A stretch of DNA of 64,000 nt from Trueperaceae bacterium (GCA_965213705.1 OZ243913.1:3136001-3200000); one strand, 5' to 3'. Counted from the stretch's first letter, positions 21,434 through 31,288 are shown. A program made the numbers and translations. The notes: generated from the letters alone by a model not told the origin.

Positions 21434-22993
21434 TTACTCGAGAAAATCCCTCTGAGTCCTCGCCGGAGCCCCCGCCCGAGCCTCCGGCGTCCACAACCGC
21501 GTCAACCACTTTTCGGCGAAGGGCGGCACGTTCTCCAGGACAACGTGGAGTCCGGCCTCGGCAGCGTCTGAGAGCATCTGCTTGATTGCCAGCGCGCCGC
21601 TCAGGTCGATGCGGCCGAGCCCACCCAAGTCCAACACGACCGTCTCAGCCTGCGGGTGCTCGGCGAGCGCGCCGCTCAAGCTGTCCTCGAGCCGGAACGC
21701 CGAGCCGAACCAGAGCACGCCGAGGGGCAGAATCGTGAGGGTGTCCGCTTCAAAGCGCCACCGCACCACGAGCCGCTGCTCGCGCCACAGGTGAATCGCC
21801 ACCGCCAAGCCGATGCCGGACAGCAGCGCGTAGTCGATGCGCGGCGCGAGGAGCAGCGTCAGGACGAACGTCACCCAGGCGAGCAGCGCTTGTGGCCGGG
21901 ACAAGTTCTTGAAAGCCCACAGTTCGCGCAAACGGACGAGTTTGCTCACCGCCGCGATGACCACCGCGCCCAGCACGGCTTTCGGCAACGGGGCAACCAA
22001 AAAGGTGAACGGCAAAAACATCAGCACCGCCACGCCCGTCACCGCGCCGCTCCAGCGCGTCTTGGCCCCGGCCAGCCGGTTTACCGAACTGCGCGCGAAC
22101 GACCCTCCGACCGGAAAACCGCCGAACAGACCCGCCGCTAAGTTGGCTGCACCTTGGCCAATAAACTCCCGATTGGCCTGCCAGCGGCTGCGCTCTTGGG
22201 TCGCGTAGGTTCTAGCGATGGAGGCGGCCTCAGCGAAACCGACCAGCGCGATAACCACGCCGCCGACCAGGAGTTGCGGCAGCGCGCGCCAGGGCTGCAC
22301 CAGCCGCAACGGCGGCAACCCCGCCGGAACCTGCCCCACCCGCTCACCGCCGTAACCGAAAAAGCTGCTGTACAAAATTCCTAAAACGACCGCGACCAGA
22401 ACACCGGGAAACAGCGGGTGAACGCGCTTGCCCGACCCGACGAGAACCAAGGTGACCAACGACAACAGCAGCGCAGCGGGCCGCCACGCCCCGGGCTGCG
22501 ATACGGCCGAAAGTGCCCGCGGGATGACGCCGTTGCCCGCCGCCGACACGCCCAAGGCCGCCGGCAACTGCGACAGCACGATGAGCAGCGCCGCCGCCGA
22601 CATAAAGCCTGACAACACCGGTTGCGACAGCAAGTAGGCCACGCTGCCCAAACGCAACAGCCCCACCAGCACCCGCGTCACCCCGACGATGAGCGCGAGC
22701 AGCCCCGCGTAAGCCACGTACTGTGCGCCGCCCGGCGTGGCGAGCTGGCTCAGCACCCCGAAGGTCAGCAGGGACGTAGTCGCGACCGGCCCGGTTTGCA
22801 AGTACGGGCTCGAGGCGAAAAACGCCGCCGCCAACGCCGCCGTTCCCACCGCGTACAAACCTGTATAGGCAGGCATTCCGGCGAGTTCCGCGTAGGCTAG
22901 CGACTGCGGGATAGCGATGAGCGCTACGCTCAAACCTGCGACCAAGTCGGTCAACGCAGGTTTGCCGGGAACCGCCGAGACTGTGCGCACCAC
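21434..22993 (-). CDS. SulP family anion permease with STAS domain
   Basis: DLVAGLSVALIAIPQSLAYAELAG, GLY, GSFARS, C-terminal STAS-like region. Confidence 0.92.
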   Translation of the reverse strand: MVRTVSAVPGKPALTDLVAGLSVALIAIPQSLAYAELAGMPAYTGLYAVGTAALAAAFFASSPYLQTGPVATTSLLTFGVLSQLATPGGAQYVAYAGLLALIVGVTRVLVGLLRLGSVAYLLSQPVLSGFMSAAALLIVLSQLPAALGVSAAGNGVIPRALSAVSQPGAWRPAALLLSLVTLVLVGSGKRVHPLFPGVLVAVVLGILYSSFFGYGGERVGQVPAGLPPLRLVQPWRALPQLLVGGVVIALVGFAEAASIARTYATQERSRWQANREFIGQGAANLAAGLFGGFPVGGSFARSSVNRLAGAKTRWSGAVTGVAVLMFLPFTFLVAPLPKAVLGAVVIAAVSKLVRLRELWAFKNLSRPQALLAWVTFVLTLLLAPRIDYALLSGIGLAVAIHLWREQRLVVRWRFEADTLTILPLGVLWFGSAFRLEDSLSGALAEHPQAETVVLDLGGLGRIDLSGALAIKQMLSDAAEAGLHVVLENVPPFAEKWLTRLWTPEARAGAPARTQRDFLE

Positions 22994-23035
22994 TCCAGCC
23001 TAGCACTTCCGAAGTCGAACACCGTCCCGAAACCA

Positions 23036-23052
23036 ATACCCCCCAGCCGTAT
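23036..23052. promoter_or_regulatory. CsoR/CstR-type operator ATAC-CCCCCAGCC-GTAT
   Basis: ATAC/GTAT inverted ends flanking a C-tract, between divergent sulP and the CsoR-family gene. Confidence 0.65.
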
Positions 23053-23067
23053 GCTAAGCTCGTATCC

Positions 23068-23376
23068 ATGACGCTAGAGACGGGTGCGACGCCAGCCACC
23101 GACCCGACCCGGTCCGAGACCGAGTCGGCGGCCAAGCTCGAGACCAAAGGCAAACTCATCAACCGCCTGAAGCGCTTGGAAGGCCAGGTGCGCGGTTTGC
23201 AAAAGATGGTCGACGAAGAACGCGACTGCAGCGAAATCCTCACGCTGCTCTCAGGCATTCGCAGCGCCCTGAACGCGACCGGCGACCTCATTTTGGAAAC
23301 CTACGTCGAGGAGTGTTACGGCTCTCAAACCGACCCCGACGCCCTCGTGCGGGCGGTCAAACTCGCTCGAGGCTGA
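23068..23376 (+). CDS. CsoR/RcnR family regulator (CstR-like)
   Basis: NRLKRLEGQVRGLQKM..E.RDC..IL; second Cys in EEC; lacks the Cu-binding His. Confidence 0.85.
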   Translation: MTLETGATPATDPTRSETESAAKLETKGKLINRLKRLEGQVRGLQKMVDEERDCSEILTLLSGIRSALNATGDLILETYVEECYGSQTDPDALVRAVKLARG

Positions 23377-23459
23377 GACGCGGTTTTCTCGAGCCTCTTT
23401 TTCAGCTCAAACTTGCCACCGGACAACACCAAACCGGGCGACTCGAGGGGTAACCGAGC

Positions 23460-24893
23460 TTGAACGAAACGACCGACGACCTCTGTTTTACAAGCGCGAC
23501 CGAGCTGCGGCGGCGCTTGAGGGCCAAAGAACTCTCCTGTACCGAGGTCATGCAAGCGCACGTCGAGCGCCTTGAGCAGACAAACCCGCTGCTGAATGCC
23601 GTCGTCACCTTCGAACCCGAACGAGCCTTGAAACAGGCGGCGGTGGCCGATGGGGCGCTGGCTCGAGGCGACGTTCTAGGCCCGCTTCACGGGCTGCCCA
23701 TCGCCCACAAAGACCTCGTCAATACCCGAGGCGTGCGCACGACCTACGGCTCGCCCATCTACAAGGATTTCGTGCCCGAGGCCGACGACCTACTCGTGAC
23801 GCGGCTTAAAAAGGCTGGGGCCATCAGCCTCGGCAAGACGAACACGCCCGAATTCGGGGCGGGGTCGCAGACGTTCAACAAAGTTTTCGGGGCGACGCGC
23901 AACCCCTACGACCCCAGCAAAACCTGCGGGGGCAGCAGCGGCGGCGCGGCGGTCGCGCTTGTCAGCGGCATGGTCCCGCTGGCCGACGGCAGCGACATGG
24001 GTGGCTCGCTGCGCAACCCGGCGGCGTTTTGCAACGTGGTCGGTTTTCGGCCCACGCCGGGGCGCGTGCCCAATGTGCCCACAACTTCCGCCTGGGCCAC
24101 CTTGAGCGTGTCCGGGCCGATGGCGCGCACGGTCGAAGATGTGGCGCTGCTGCTCAGCGTGATGGCCGGACCCGACCCGCGCAGCCCGCTGAGCAGGCCC
24201 GAAGACCCGCGGCGGTTTGCCCAACCTCTGGCTCGAGACTTTACAAACACCCGCGTCGCCTGGTGTCTGGACTTCGCCGGCTTGCCCTTCGACCCGCGGG
24301 TGACGGCGGCGCTCGAGCCGCTCGCCAGGGTTTTTAGCGACCTCGGCTGCATCCTCGACACGCCGCAACCGGACTTCAGCGGGGCGGACGAGGCTTTCAA
24401 GACGTTCAGGGCGCACGCCTTCGCCGCGAAGTTTCACCCTTTGCTCGAGACGCACCGCGACCTGTTGAAAGACACGGTCGTTTGGAACGTCGAACAAGGG
24501 CTCAAACTGAGCACCCTTGACTTGGCTCATGCCGAAGAAGCGCGCACCGAGTTGTTCGTGCGTTTTGCCGAGTTTATGAAAACTTATGACTACCTCGTGC
24601 TGCCGGTCACACAAGTACCCCCGTTCGACTTGAACCAGCCCTGCCCTAGCGAAATAAACGGCGTGACAATGGACACCTACATCGACTGGATGAAGTCTTG
24701 CTATTACATCAGCACGGTCGGCAACCCGGCTATCAGCGTACCGGCGGCGTTTACCGAGGACGGCCTACCCGTCGGGCTGCAAATCGTCGGGCGGTATGGG
24801 CAGGACTTGGAGGTCTTGCAACTCGCCCACGCTTTCGAAGGGGCGACGCGCGTCGGCGACAAGCGTCCGCCTCTAAAAAACCTGCAGCCATGA
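23460..24893 (+). CDS. Amidase signature family protein
   Basis: GPLHGLPIAHKD, GKTNTPEFG, GGSSGG, GSDMGGSLRNPA. Confidence 0.92.
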   Translation: MNETTDDLCFTSATELRRRLRAKELSCTEVMQAHVERLEQTNPLLNAVVTFEPERALKQAAVADGALARGDVLGPLHGLPIAHKDLVNTRGVRTTYGSPIYKDFVPEADDLLVTRLKKAGAISLGKTNTPEFGAGSQTFNKVFGATRNPYDPSKTCGGSSGGAAVALVSGMVPLADGSDMGGSLRNPAAFCNVVGFRPTPGRVPNVPTTSAWATLSVSGPMARTVEDVALLLSVMAGPDPRSPLSRPEDPRRFAQPLARDFTNTRVAWCLDFAGLPFDPRVTAALEPLARVFSDLGCILDTPQPDFSGADEAFKTFRAHAFAAKFHPLLETHRDLLKDTVVWNVEQGLKLSTLDLAHAEEARTELFVRFAEFMKTYDYLVLPVTQVPPFDLNQPCPSEINGVTMDTYIDWMKSCYYISTVGNPAISVPAAFTEDGLPVGLQIVGRYGQDLEVLQLAHAFEGATRVGDKRPPLKNLQP

Positions 24894-24987
24894 AAAAACC
24901 CCGCTGGTCGGCGGGGTCAAAGGGAGGTAGGGTTAAAGTAGCACCCCGGTAGAAAAAGCGGCGTGAAGGAATCCACAACTGCAAACA

Positions 24988-25045
24988 AGGAGGTGGGGAG
25001 TAGGGGGTAAAGTCAAAAGCTTTTACCCCCTACTCCCCACCTCCT
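24988..25045. repeat. 24-bp perfect inverted repeat (REP-like or bidirectional terminator)
   Basis: AGGAGGTGGGGAGTAGGGGGTAAA-10 nt-TTTACCCCCTACTCCCCACCTCCT between convergent amidase and carA. Confidence 0.75.
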
Positions 25046-25059
25046 ACTTACCTCACCCT

Positions 25060-26214
25060 CTACAGCGCCACCGACTCCGCCCGCACGGCGGGCAGCGCCG
25101 ACGCGCCCTCGAAGGCGTTGACCTCTTCGATAAAGCGCCGGAACAAGTACGAGGCGTCGTGCGGGCCGGGGCTCGCTTCGGGGTGGTACTGGACGCTGAA
25201 GACCGGGTAGCGCACGTGGGCCATGCCTTCTAAGGTGCCGTCGTTCAGGTTGACGTGCGTCGCCCGGAACTGCCCGCCCGGAATCGAGTCCACGTCGACG
25301 ACGTAGTTGTGGTTCTGGCTGGTGATTTCGACCTCGCCCGTGACGAGGTTTTTGACCGGCGTGTTGGCGCCGTGGTGGCCGGTCGCGAGTTTCGTCGTCT
25401 TGCCGCCGACCGCCAACCCGAGGAGCTGGTGGCCCAAGCAAATCCCATAGGTCGGCAGCAGGCCCAGCAGTTGCCACACCGTGTCGTGGGCGTACTTGGG
25501 GCCGTCGGGGTCGCCGGGGCCGTTGGAGATGACGAGGCCGTAGGGGTTGAGCGCCATAATCTGCGCGGGCGTGGTCTGGGCGGGCACGACGATGACCTCG
25601 GCCCCGGCCTGCTCGAGCTTGTACACAATCGAATGTTTGATGCCGAAGTCGATAACCGCGACGCGCGGACTCGTCTTGAAAGTGGGGCGGGCGTAGGGCA
25701 GTGAGGTTGTCACCTCGGGCGTCATGTCGCGCCCGTCGATGTCGGCGTGCTCGAGCGCCTCCTTGACGAGCGCCGCGTCCATGTCTTTGTCGGTCTTGCC
25801 GTGGTAGATGACACCCTTCACCACGCCGCCCGTGCGCAGCCGCCGGGTGAGAGCCCTCGTGTCGATGCCCTCGATGCCGACGATGCGGTGGCCCTCCATA
25901 AAACTCTGCAGGTCCTGGTTCGAGCGGTGGTTGCTCGCCGTGCGCGAAAACTCGCGGACGATAAAGCCCTTGGCGAACGGTTTGTTCGACTCCATGTCGT
26001 AGACCGACACGCCGTAGTTGCCGATGTGTGGGTACGTCATGGTGACGATTTGCCCGTGGTACGAGGGGTCGGTCAAAATCTCCTGATAGCCGGTCATGGC
26101 AGTGTTGAAGACGATTTCGCCGACGGTTTTGCCCTGGTAGCCGAAGGCGTAACCGTAGTAGACGGTGCCGTCTTCCAGCGCCAGCACGGCCGGGGGTTTG
26201 TTGAGGAGCGACAT
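25060..26214 (-). CDS. carA: Carbamoyl-phosphate synthase small subunit
   Basis: [46 protein letters not shown]. Confidence 0.96.
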   Translation of the reverse strand: MSLLNKPPAVLALEDGTVYYGYAFGYQGKTVGEIVFNTAMTGYQEILTDPSYHGQIVTMTYPHIGNYGVSVYDMESNKPFAKGFIVREFSRTASNHRSNQDLQSFMEGHRIVGIEGIDTRALTRRLRTGGVVKGVIYHGKTDKDMDAALVKEALEHADIDGRDMTPEVTTSLPYARPTFKTSPRVAVIDFGIKHSIVYKLEQAGAEVIVVPAQTTPAQIMALNPYGLVISNGPGDPDGPKYAHDTVWQLLGLLPTYGICLGHQLLGLAVGGKTTKLATGHHGANTPVKNLVTGEVEITSQNHNYVVDVDSIPGGQFRATHVNLNDGTLEGMAHVRYPVFSVQYHPEASPGPHDASYLFRRFIEEVNAFEGASALPAVRAESVAL

Positions 26215-26258
26215 GACGGTTACTTTAGCACCGCCAAGTGGGCGGTTGGGTTTACAGC

Positions 26259-26443
26259 CTATGACAAGTCCGCGATGACCAGACCATCGACCTTCTCGAA
26301 GTGACTATCCAGGGTCATCAGTTCCGCACCTGTTTCCATCACGTGCGCAGCTATCCAGCTGCTCCGCGCCGCGGATGCAGCTGACGACGTTTGCTTGCCC
26401 CTTCTAAGGCGACGTAGACATTTGTGTCGAGCAGAATCTTCAC
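26259..26443 (-). pseudogene. VapC/PIN toxin remnant with large internal deletion
   Basis: GTG-KILLDTNVYVAL joined out of frame to [26 protein letters not shown]; the central part of the PIN domain is missing. Confidence 0.8.
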
Positions 26444-26696
26444 GACCAAAGGGACTCGTCGATGGTCCCGAAGACCTCGAGCGTCTCTAAAACGCTGCTG
26501 CCTCGTCTTCGTGCCAAGAGCCCGCGAGGTGGTCCAAGCTGCTGCCGACCTTGTCAGTTGCCCCCTTACCGAGTCCAGCGCCCTCGCGCAACAACATTAG
26601 GGCAGCTTTGTTGAGGGAAATGCCATGTTGCTCAGCAACCTCCTGAAGTTTCTTTTCAATATCACGGTCGAAACCGCGCAGGGTGAGCCGTTCCAT
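26440..26696 (-). pseudogene. RHH-type antitoxin, frameshifted near the 3' end
   Basis: ORF stops at 26487; adding one T restores FLETLEVFGTIDESLWS* whose TGA overlaps the toxin GTG. Confidence 0.65.
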
Positions 26697-26946
26697 TTTC
26701 TTCTCCTAGCGAATCGAACTTTAAATCGTTATAAGGCGGTAAGCGAGTCACGGAGTGGGACCAGCGGTTTCACCACCTCTGTCTCTACGCGTTTACCGCC
26801 TCGGCAGCTTTGTTGAAAGCTTCGACCACGAAACAAGGACACGCTCGCTCGAGGGATTTTCCAGGCTATTTTCACGACACGACATCCCGCCCCAGCCGAC
26901 AGACATCTCACCGGCGGCCCGTATACTTGACCCAGGAGTTGGAGTG

Positions 26947-28332
26947 ATGAAACAAGGTTTATACATCCCGCTCGTGAGCGTTCACGGGCTTATTCGAGCG
27001 CAGAATTTGGAACTCGGGCACAACGCGGACACGGGCGGCCAAACGAAGTACGTGGTCGAACTCGCGGCGGCCTTGGCCGAATGCGAGGACGTGGCGCAAG
27101 TCGACCTGTTCACCCGCCGCATCGAAGACGACGACTACTCGAGCGACTACGCCCGAAGCGTCGAGCCCATCAGCGACCGCGCGCGAATCGTACGCGTCGA
27201 CTGCGGCCCGCCGGGCTACGTGCGCAAAGAACTCCTCTACCCGTATTTGGACGAGTTCATCACCAACACGCAACGCTTTATCGAAGACGAAAAGCTTACA
27301 CCCGCCCTCTTCCACGGCCACTACGCCGACGCCGCCTACGCAGCACTGCGACTGGCGAAAAGCTACCACGTCCCTTTTTTGTTCACCGGCCACTCGCTCG
27401 GCCGCAACAAGGTCAAGGCCTTGCTCAAGTCGGGCTTGACACATGAGGACGTCGACGCGCAGTACAGCATGAGCACGCGCATCCAAATAGAGGAGGAAGC
27501 GCTCCGTGAAGCCGACGTCGTCATCGCCTCAACCGAGTATGAAATTCATACAGGCTACGAACTCTACGCCGCGCACCGGCGGGCGAACTACAAAGTGGTG
27601 CCGCCCGGCATCGACGTAGACACCTTTTACCCTTACTACTACGACGACGACCCGAACGCGAGGCGCGACGAAGGTTTGCTGCAGGCGAGGGCGCGGATGC
27701 GGCAGGAAATCGGGAGATTCCTCACCCAACCCGACAAACCGCTCATCCTCGCCATCAGCCGGCCCGACCGCCGCAAAAACATCGGCGGACTCGTCGAAGC
27801 GTACGGCGAGGACAAAGAGTTGCAGAGTATCGCCAACCTGGCAATCTTCGCGGGCGTCCGCAAAGACATCGAGCGGATGGACGACAACGAGCGCGAAGTG
27901 CTGACCGAGCTGCTGCTGCTGATGGACAAGTACGACCTCTATGGCAAGCTCGCGCTGCCCAAAAAGCACGACACCGCGACCGACATCCCCGAACTCTACC
28001 GGATGGTGGCGAAGGGTCGCGGCGTATTCATCAACCCGGCGCTGGTCGAGAACTTCGGAATTACTCTCATAGAGGCCTCGGCCTGCGGCTTGCCCATCGT
28101 CTCGACGAACTTCGGCGGGCCGAACGACATCGTCGCGAACTGTCACAACGGGATTCTGGTGGACTCGAGAGACGCCGGCCAAATCCAGGGGGCGCTCAAA
28201 AAGATTCTCGTCGACGACGCGCTGTGGCAAGAGTATTCGCAAAACGGCGTCATCGGCGTGCGCGAGCACTACGTGTGGTCGGCCCACTGCGAGACCTACC
28301 GGGAGGTGGCGCGTGACGCAAAAGCGGCCTGA
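26947..28332 (+). CDS. Sucrose-phosphate synthase (GT4 domain only)
   Basis: SVHGLIR..NLELG..ADTGGQ.KYVVEL, HGHYADA, FTGHSLGR, RPD.RKNI, GVFINPALVENFGITLIEA. Confidence 0.85.
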   Translation: MKQGLYIPLVSVHGLIRAQNLELGHNADTGGQTKYVVELAAALAECEDVAQVDLFTRRIEDDDYSSDYARSVEPISDRARIVRVDCGPPGYVRKELLYPYLDEFITNTQRFIEDEKLTPALFHGHYADAAYAALRLAKSYHVPFLFTGHSLGRNKVKALLKSGLTHEDVDAQYSMSTRIQIEEEALREADVVIASTEYEIHTGYELYAAHRRANYKVVPPGIDVDTFYPYYYDDDPNARRDEGLLQARARMRQEIGRFLTQPDKPLILAISRPDRRKNIGGLVEAYGEDKELQSIANLAIFAGVRKDIERMDDNEREVLTELLLLMDKYDLYGKLALPKKHDTATDIPELYRMVAKGRGVFINPALVENFGITLIEASACGLPIVSTNFGGPNDIVANCHNGILVDSRDAGQIQGALKKILVDDALWQEYSQNGVIGVREHYVWSAHCETYREVARDAKAA

Positions 28333-29056
28333 GTGGCTACTCGTCAGCGACATCGACAACACCCTGACCGGGGACGCTGAGGCGCTTGAAAAATTGATGG
28401 GTTTGCTTCACGCCAACCGTGACCGAATCGCCTTCGGCGTTGCGTCGGGACGCTCTTCAGAGTTGATACAGGAGGCTGTCGAAGCGTTCGGCTTGCTCGA
28501 GCCCGACCTCATCATTTCAAGCGTCGGCAGCGAGATTTACGGCGAGGGCGACGTGGGTGAACGCTACGCCGAGCACGTCGGCGCGGGCTGGGAACGCGAG
28601 CGCGTGGTGGGGGCGTTGAAAGACCTCGAGGGCTTGACCTTTCAAGACGAAACCGGGCAGAGACCCTATAAGGTCAGCTTCAACACGAGCGGTGACGTGA
28701 TGCCGCGGGTCGAGGCGGCGGTGCGCGCGGCCGGCCTCAACGTTACGCTCATTCACTCGCACGGCGAGTTTTTAGACGTGCTGCCCGAGCGCGCCGCCAA
28801 GGGCAAGGCGGTTCGCTTCGTCGCTGAAGCTTACGGGTTGCCGCTCGAGAAAATCATCGTCGCGGGCGACTCGGGCAACGACGCCGACCTGTTGACCTGT
28901 GGGGCTAAAGCCGTCGTGGTTGGAAACTACAGCGCGGAACTCGAGCCTGTCTTAGAAAACGAAAACATCTACCTCGCCAAGGCTTTTTATGCGGCGGGGG
29001 TGCTCGAGGGGCTTAGAGCTTACGGCGTCTTGACCCAAGTGAACATCACCGTCTGA
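28313..29056 (+). CDS. Sucrose-phosphate phosphatase-like HAD IIB hydrolase
   Basis: SDIDNTL, ASGR, KVSF, DVLP..A.KG.A, AGDSGND; GGAGG RBS before the GTG. Confidence 0.85.
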   Translation: MTQKRPEWLLVSDIDNTLTGDAEALEKLMGLLHANRDRIAFGVASGRSSELIQEAVEAFGLLEPDLIISSVGSEIYGEGDVGERYAEHVGAGWERERVVGALKDLEGLTFQDETGQRPYKVSFNTSGDVMPRVEAAVRAAGLNVTLIHSHGEFLDVLPERAAKGKAVRFVAEAYGLPLEKIIVAGDSGNDADLLTCGAKAVVVGNYSAELEPVLENENIYLAKAFYAAGVLEGLRAYGVLTQVNITV

Positions 29057-29171
29057 GCGACCTCGTTTCTGCCAGCTCGTCCTTGAAACGGTTTTGCTCG
29101 ACTGAGTTTCTGCACGGGAGCTAAAGTGTGTTGATTTGTTTCGTTTATTTCGGTTGTGCTAAAGTGGCATT

Positions 29172-29615
29172 ATGGAGACGGCCGAAACCTCAACCGAAAC
29201 CCGACAAGACAAGGAACGTGCCGAGCTAGCGAGTGCTTTCCTGGCGGGGCAGCAAACCGGCGTTTTCAAGCTGAAGGTCTCGGGCAGTGGCTCAAAAGAG
29301 GTGGCCCTACCCTTTGTTGCCGTGCCTCTGCTCAGGCAAGTTCTCGAGCTGATAGCGCAGGGAAAAGTTGTCGCCATCCTGGCACGAGACACCGAGCTGT
29401 CTACCCAAGAAGGTGCCGACCTGCTCAACGTCTCTCGACCTTACTTTGTCAGTTTACTCGACAACGGCGAGCTGCCTCACCATAAGGTAGGGACGCACCG
29501 CCGTGTTTTGCTCGAGGACGTTCTCACCTACAAACGGCACCTAGCTGAGAAGCGTAGAGAAGCCCTAAAAAAACTTACCGAACAGGCCCAGGAGCTGGCT
29601 CTTGGCTACGAGTGA
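29172..29615 (+). CDS. Excisionase-type HTH DNA-binding protein (antitoxin-like)
   Basis: ELSTQEGADLLNVSRPY...LLD.GE.P..KVGTHRR; coupled to a PIN gene. Confidence 0.85.
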   Translation: METAETSTETRQDKERAELASAFLAGQQTGVFKLKVSGSGSKEVALPFVAVPLLRQVLELIAQGKVVAILARDTELSTQEGADLLNVSRPYFVSLLDNGELPHHKVGTHRRVLLEDVLTYKRHLAEKRREALKKLTEQAQELALGYE

Positions 29616-30175
29616 TTACCGCCGTTCTCGACGCCAACGTTCTCTATCCTGCCCCCTTACGCGACCTGTTGATGCACCTGGCGCTTGTCAACTTGTACCG
29701 GGCCAAATGGACGAACGAAATTCATGACGAGTGGATACGGAATGTCCTGAAAAACCGACCCGACTTAGAGCGAAGCCAACTCGAGCGCACCAAAAAGCTC
29801 ATGAACGCCCACGTGCTCGACTGCCTGGTAACGAACTACGAAGGTTTGATTTCTCGACTCGAGCTTCCCGACCCCCATGACCGGCACGTATTGGCTGCGG
29901 CTATCCAAGCTCGAGCCGACCTCATCGTGACCTTCAATTTGAGCGACTTTCCAGAGCGAGTGTTGAGCGAGCACGGGGTCGGAGTCCAGCACCCCGACGT
30001 TTTTGTCCACACCTTCGTCGAACAGGATGTAGAGGCCATCTGCACCGCCGTAAAACGCCAGCGAGAGGATTTGAAGAAGCCCCCTTTCACTGCGGAGCAA
30101 TTGCTGAATGTTTTCGAGAAGCAGGGCTTGGTACAGACCGCTCGCGCCCTCAGGACACACGGCGACGCTCTTTAG
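29612..30175 (+). CDS. PIN domain protein (putative toxin)
   Basis: VLDANVLYP..LRD, LPDPHDRHVLAAA, IVTFNL.DFP; GTGA overlap with upstream gene. Confidence 0.88.
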   Translation: MITAVLDANVLYPAPLRDLLMHLALVNLYRAKWTNEIHDEWIRNVLKNRPDLERSQLERTKKLMNAHVLDCLVTNYEGLISRLELPDPHDRHVLAAAIQARADLIVTFNLSDFPERVLSEHGVGVQHPDVFVHTFVEQDVEAICTAVKRQREDLKKPPFTAEQLLNVFEKQGLVQTARALRTHGDAL

Positions 30176-30208
30176 TGGCGTCTTTAGCAGCAAAAGTGTA
30201 GACTCCGG

Positions 30209-30328
30209 CTCGAGCCTATCCTGAACGACAAGAATATCTACCTCGCCAGGGCGTGTCACGCGGCGGGGGTGCTAGAGGGGCTTGGGGTTTACGGCGTTCT
30301 GCCAAACGTTTCAGTCACGCAGAGTTAG
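30209..30328 (+). pseudogene. Diverged duplicate of the 3' end of the spp-like gene (28940-29056)
   Basis: Translates LEPILNDKNIYLARACHAAGVLEGLGVYGVLPNVSVTQS* vs LEPVLENENIYLAKAFYAAGVLEGLRAYGVLTQVNITV*; 24/38 identical by manual alignment. Confidence 0.85.
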
Positions 30329-31287
30329 GAAAACGTTTCACCGCGGCGCACCGTGTGGGGTCCGACACGCGCGCGCGCCTCGACCGTGCAGTCTTCCAAG
30401 TAAGCGTAAGCGCCGATAAACGCGCCTTCGCTAACGTGCGTCTCCCCTTTTAGAATCACGCCCGGCTCGAGCACCACGTCCGGCCCCAAAAACACCGTGT
30501 CGTCGATAAAGGTTGTTTCAGGGCTCGTCATGGTGACGCCCGCGGTGAGCCAGCGGTCACGAATCCGGTCGCGCAAAATCTTGTCGATGTTTGCTAAGTG
30601 GCGGCGGTCGTTGACGCCCAACACTTCGGTTTCGTCCGCGACGGTGAGGGTGTTCACGTCGTCGCCTGCTTGCAGGTACAAGCTCGGCAAGTCGGTGATG
30701 TAGTATTCGCCCGCCGCGTTGTCGCTCGAGAGTCCCGCCGCCTTGTCGAACACGGTCGCGTCGAAAATGTACAGCCCAGGGTTGACCTCGTTGATGTGCT
30801 TCTCATCGGGCGTGGCGTCTTTTTCCTCGATAATTTTGAACACCTTGCCGCCCGCGTTGCGCACGATGCGGCCCAAACCGGTCGGGTCTACGACCTGGCA
30901 GGTCACGAGCGTCATGCCGCGCTGACCGCGCTGTTTGGCGACGAGGTCTTGGAGCGTCTCGGTTTTGATGAGTGGGCCGTCGCCGTTCAGCACGAGCACG
31001 TCGCCGACGAAGTCGTGGAGGATTTCTTTCGCCTGCAACAGTGCGTGGCCGGTGCCGAGTTGTTTTTCTTGTAAGACGAAGTTTACGTCGTACTCTTTCA
31101 TCCGTTCTTTCACAGCGTCGGAGCCGTGGCCCACCACCACCACGACGCGCTCCGGATGTAGGGGTTGGACGGCGCGCAGGACGTGCTCCAAGAGCGGCCT
31201 ACCCGCCGCCTCGTGGAGCATCTTGGGCGTTTTGGACTTCATGCGCGTGCCCATGCCCGCGGCGAGCACGACGACGGCCAAAGCCAC
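30325..31287 (-). CDS. glmU: GlmU-like uridyltransferase, short (320 aa)
   Basis: LAAGMGTRMKS..PK.LH, QLGTGHA, GRIVR, IIEEKDA, GEYYITD, GVNDR; only the first hexapeptide repeats are present. Confidence 0.8.
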   Translation of the reverse strand: MALAVVVLAAGMGTRMKSKTPKMLHEAAGRPLLEHVLRAVQPLHPERVVVVVGHGSDAVKERMKEYDVNFVLQEKQLGTGHALLQAKEILHDFVGDVLVLNGDGPLIKTETLQDLVAKQRGQRGMTLVTCQVVDPTGLGRIVRNAGGKVFKIIEEKDATPDEKHINEVNPGLYIFDATVFDKAAGLSSDNAAGEYYITDLPSLYLQAGDDVNTLTVADETEVLGVNDRRHLANIDKILRDRIRDRWLTAGVTMTSPETTFIDDTVFLGPDVVLEPGVILKGETHVSEGAFIGAYAYLEDCTVEARARVGPHTVRRGETFS

Positions 31288-31288
31288 G

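Noticed and set aside
29172..29615. Prophage or ICE excisionase
   Set aside because: No integrase or phage genes nearby; this HTH-PIN pairing is a common TA-like module.
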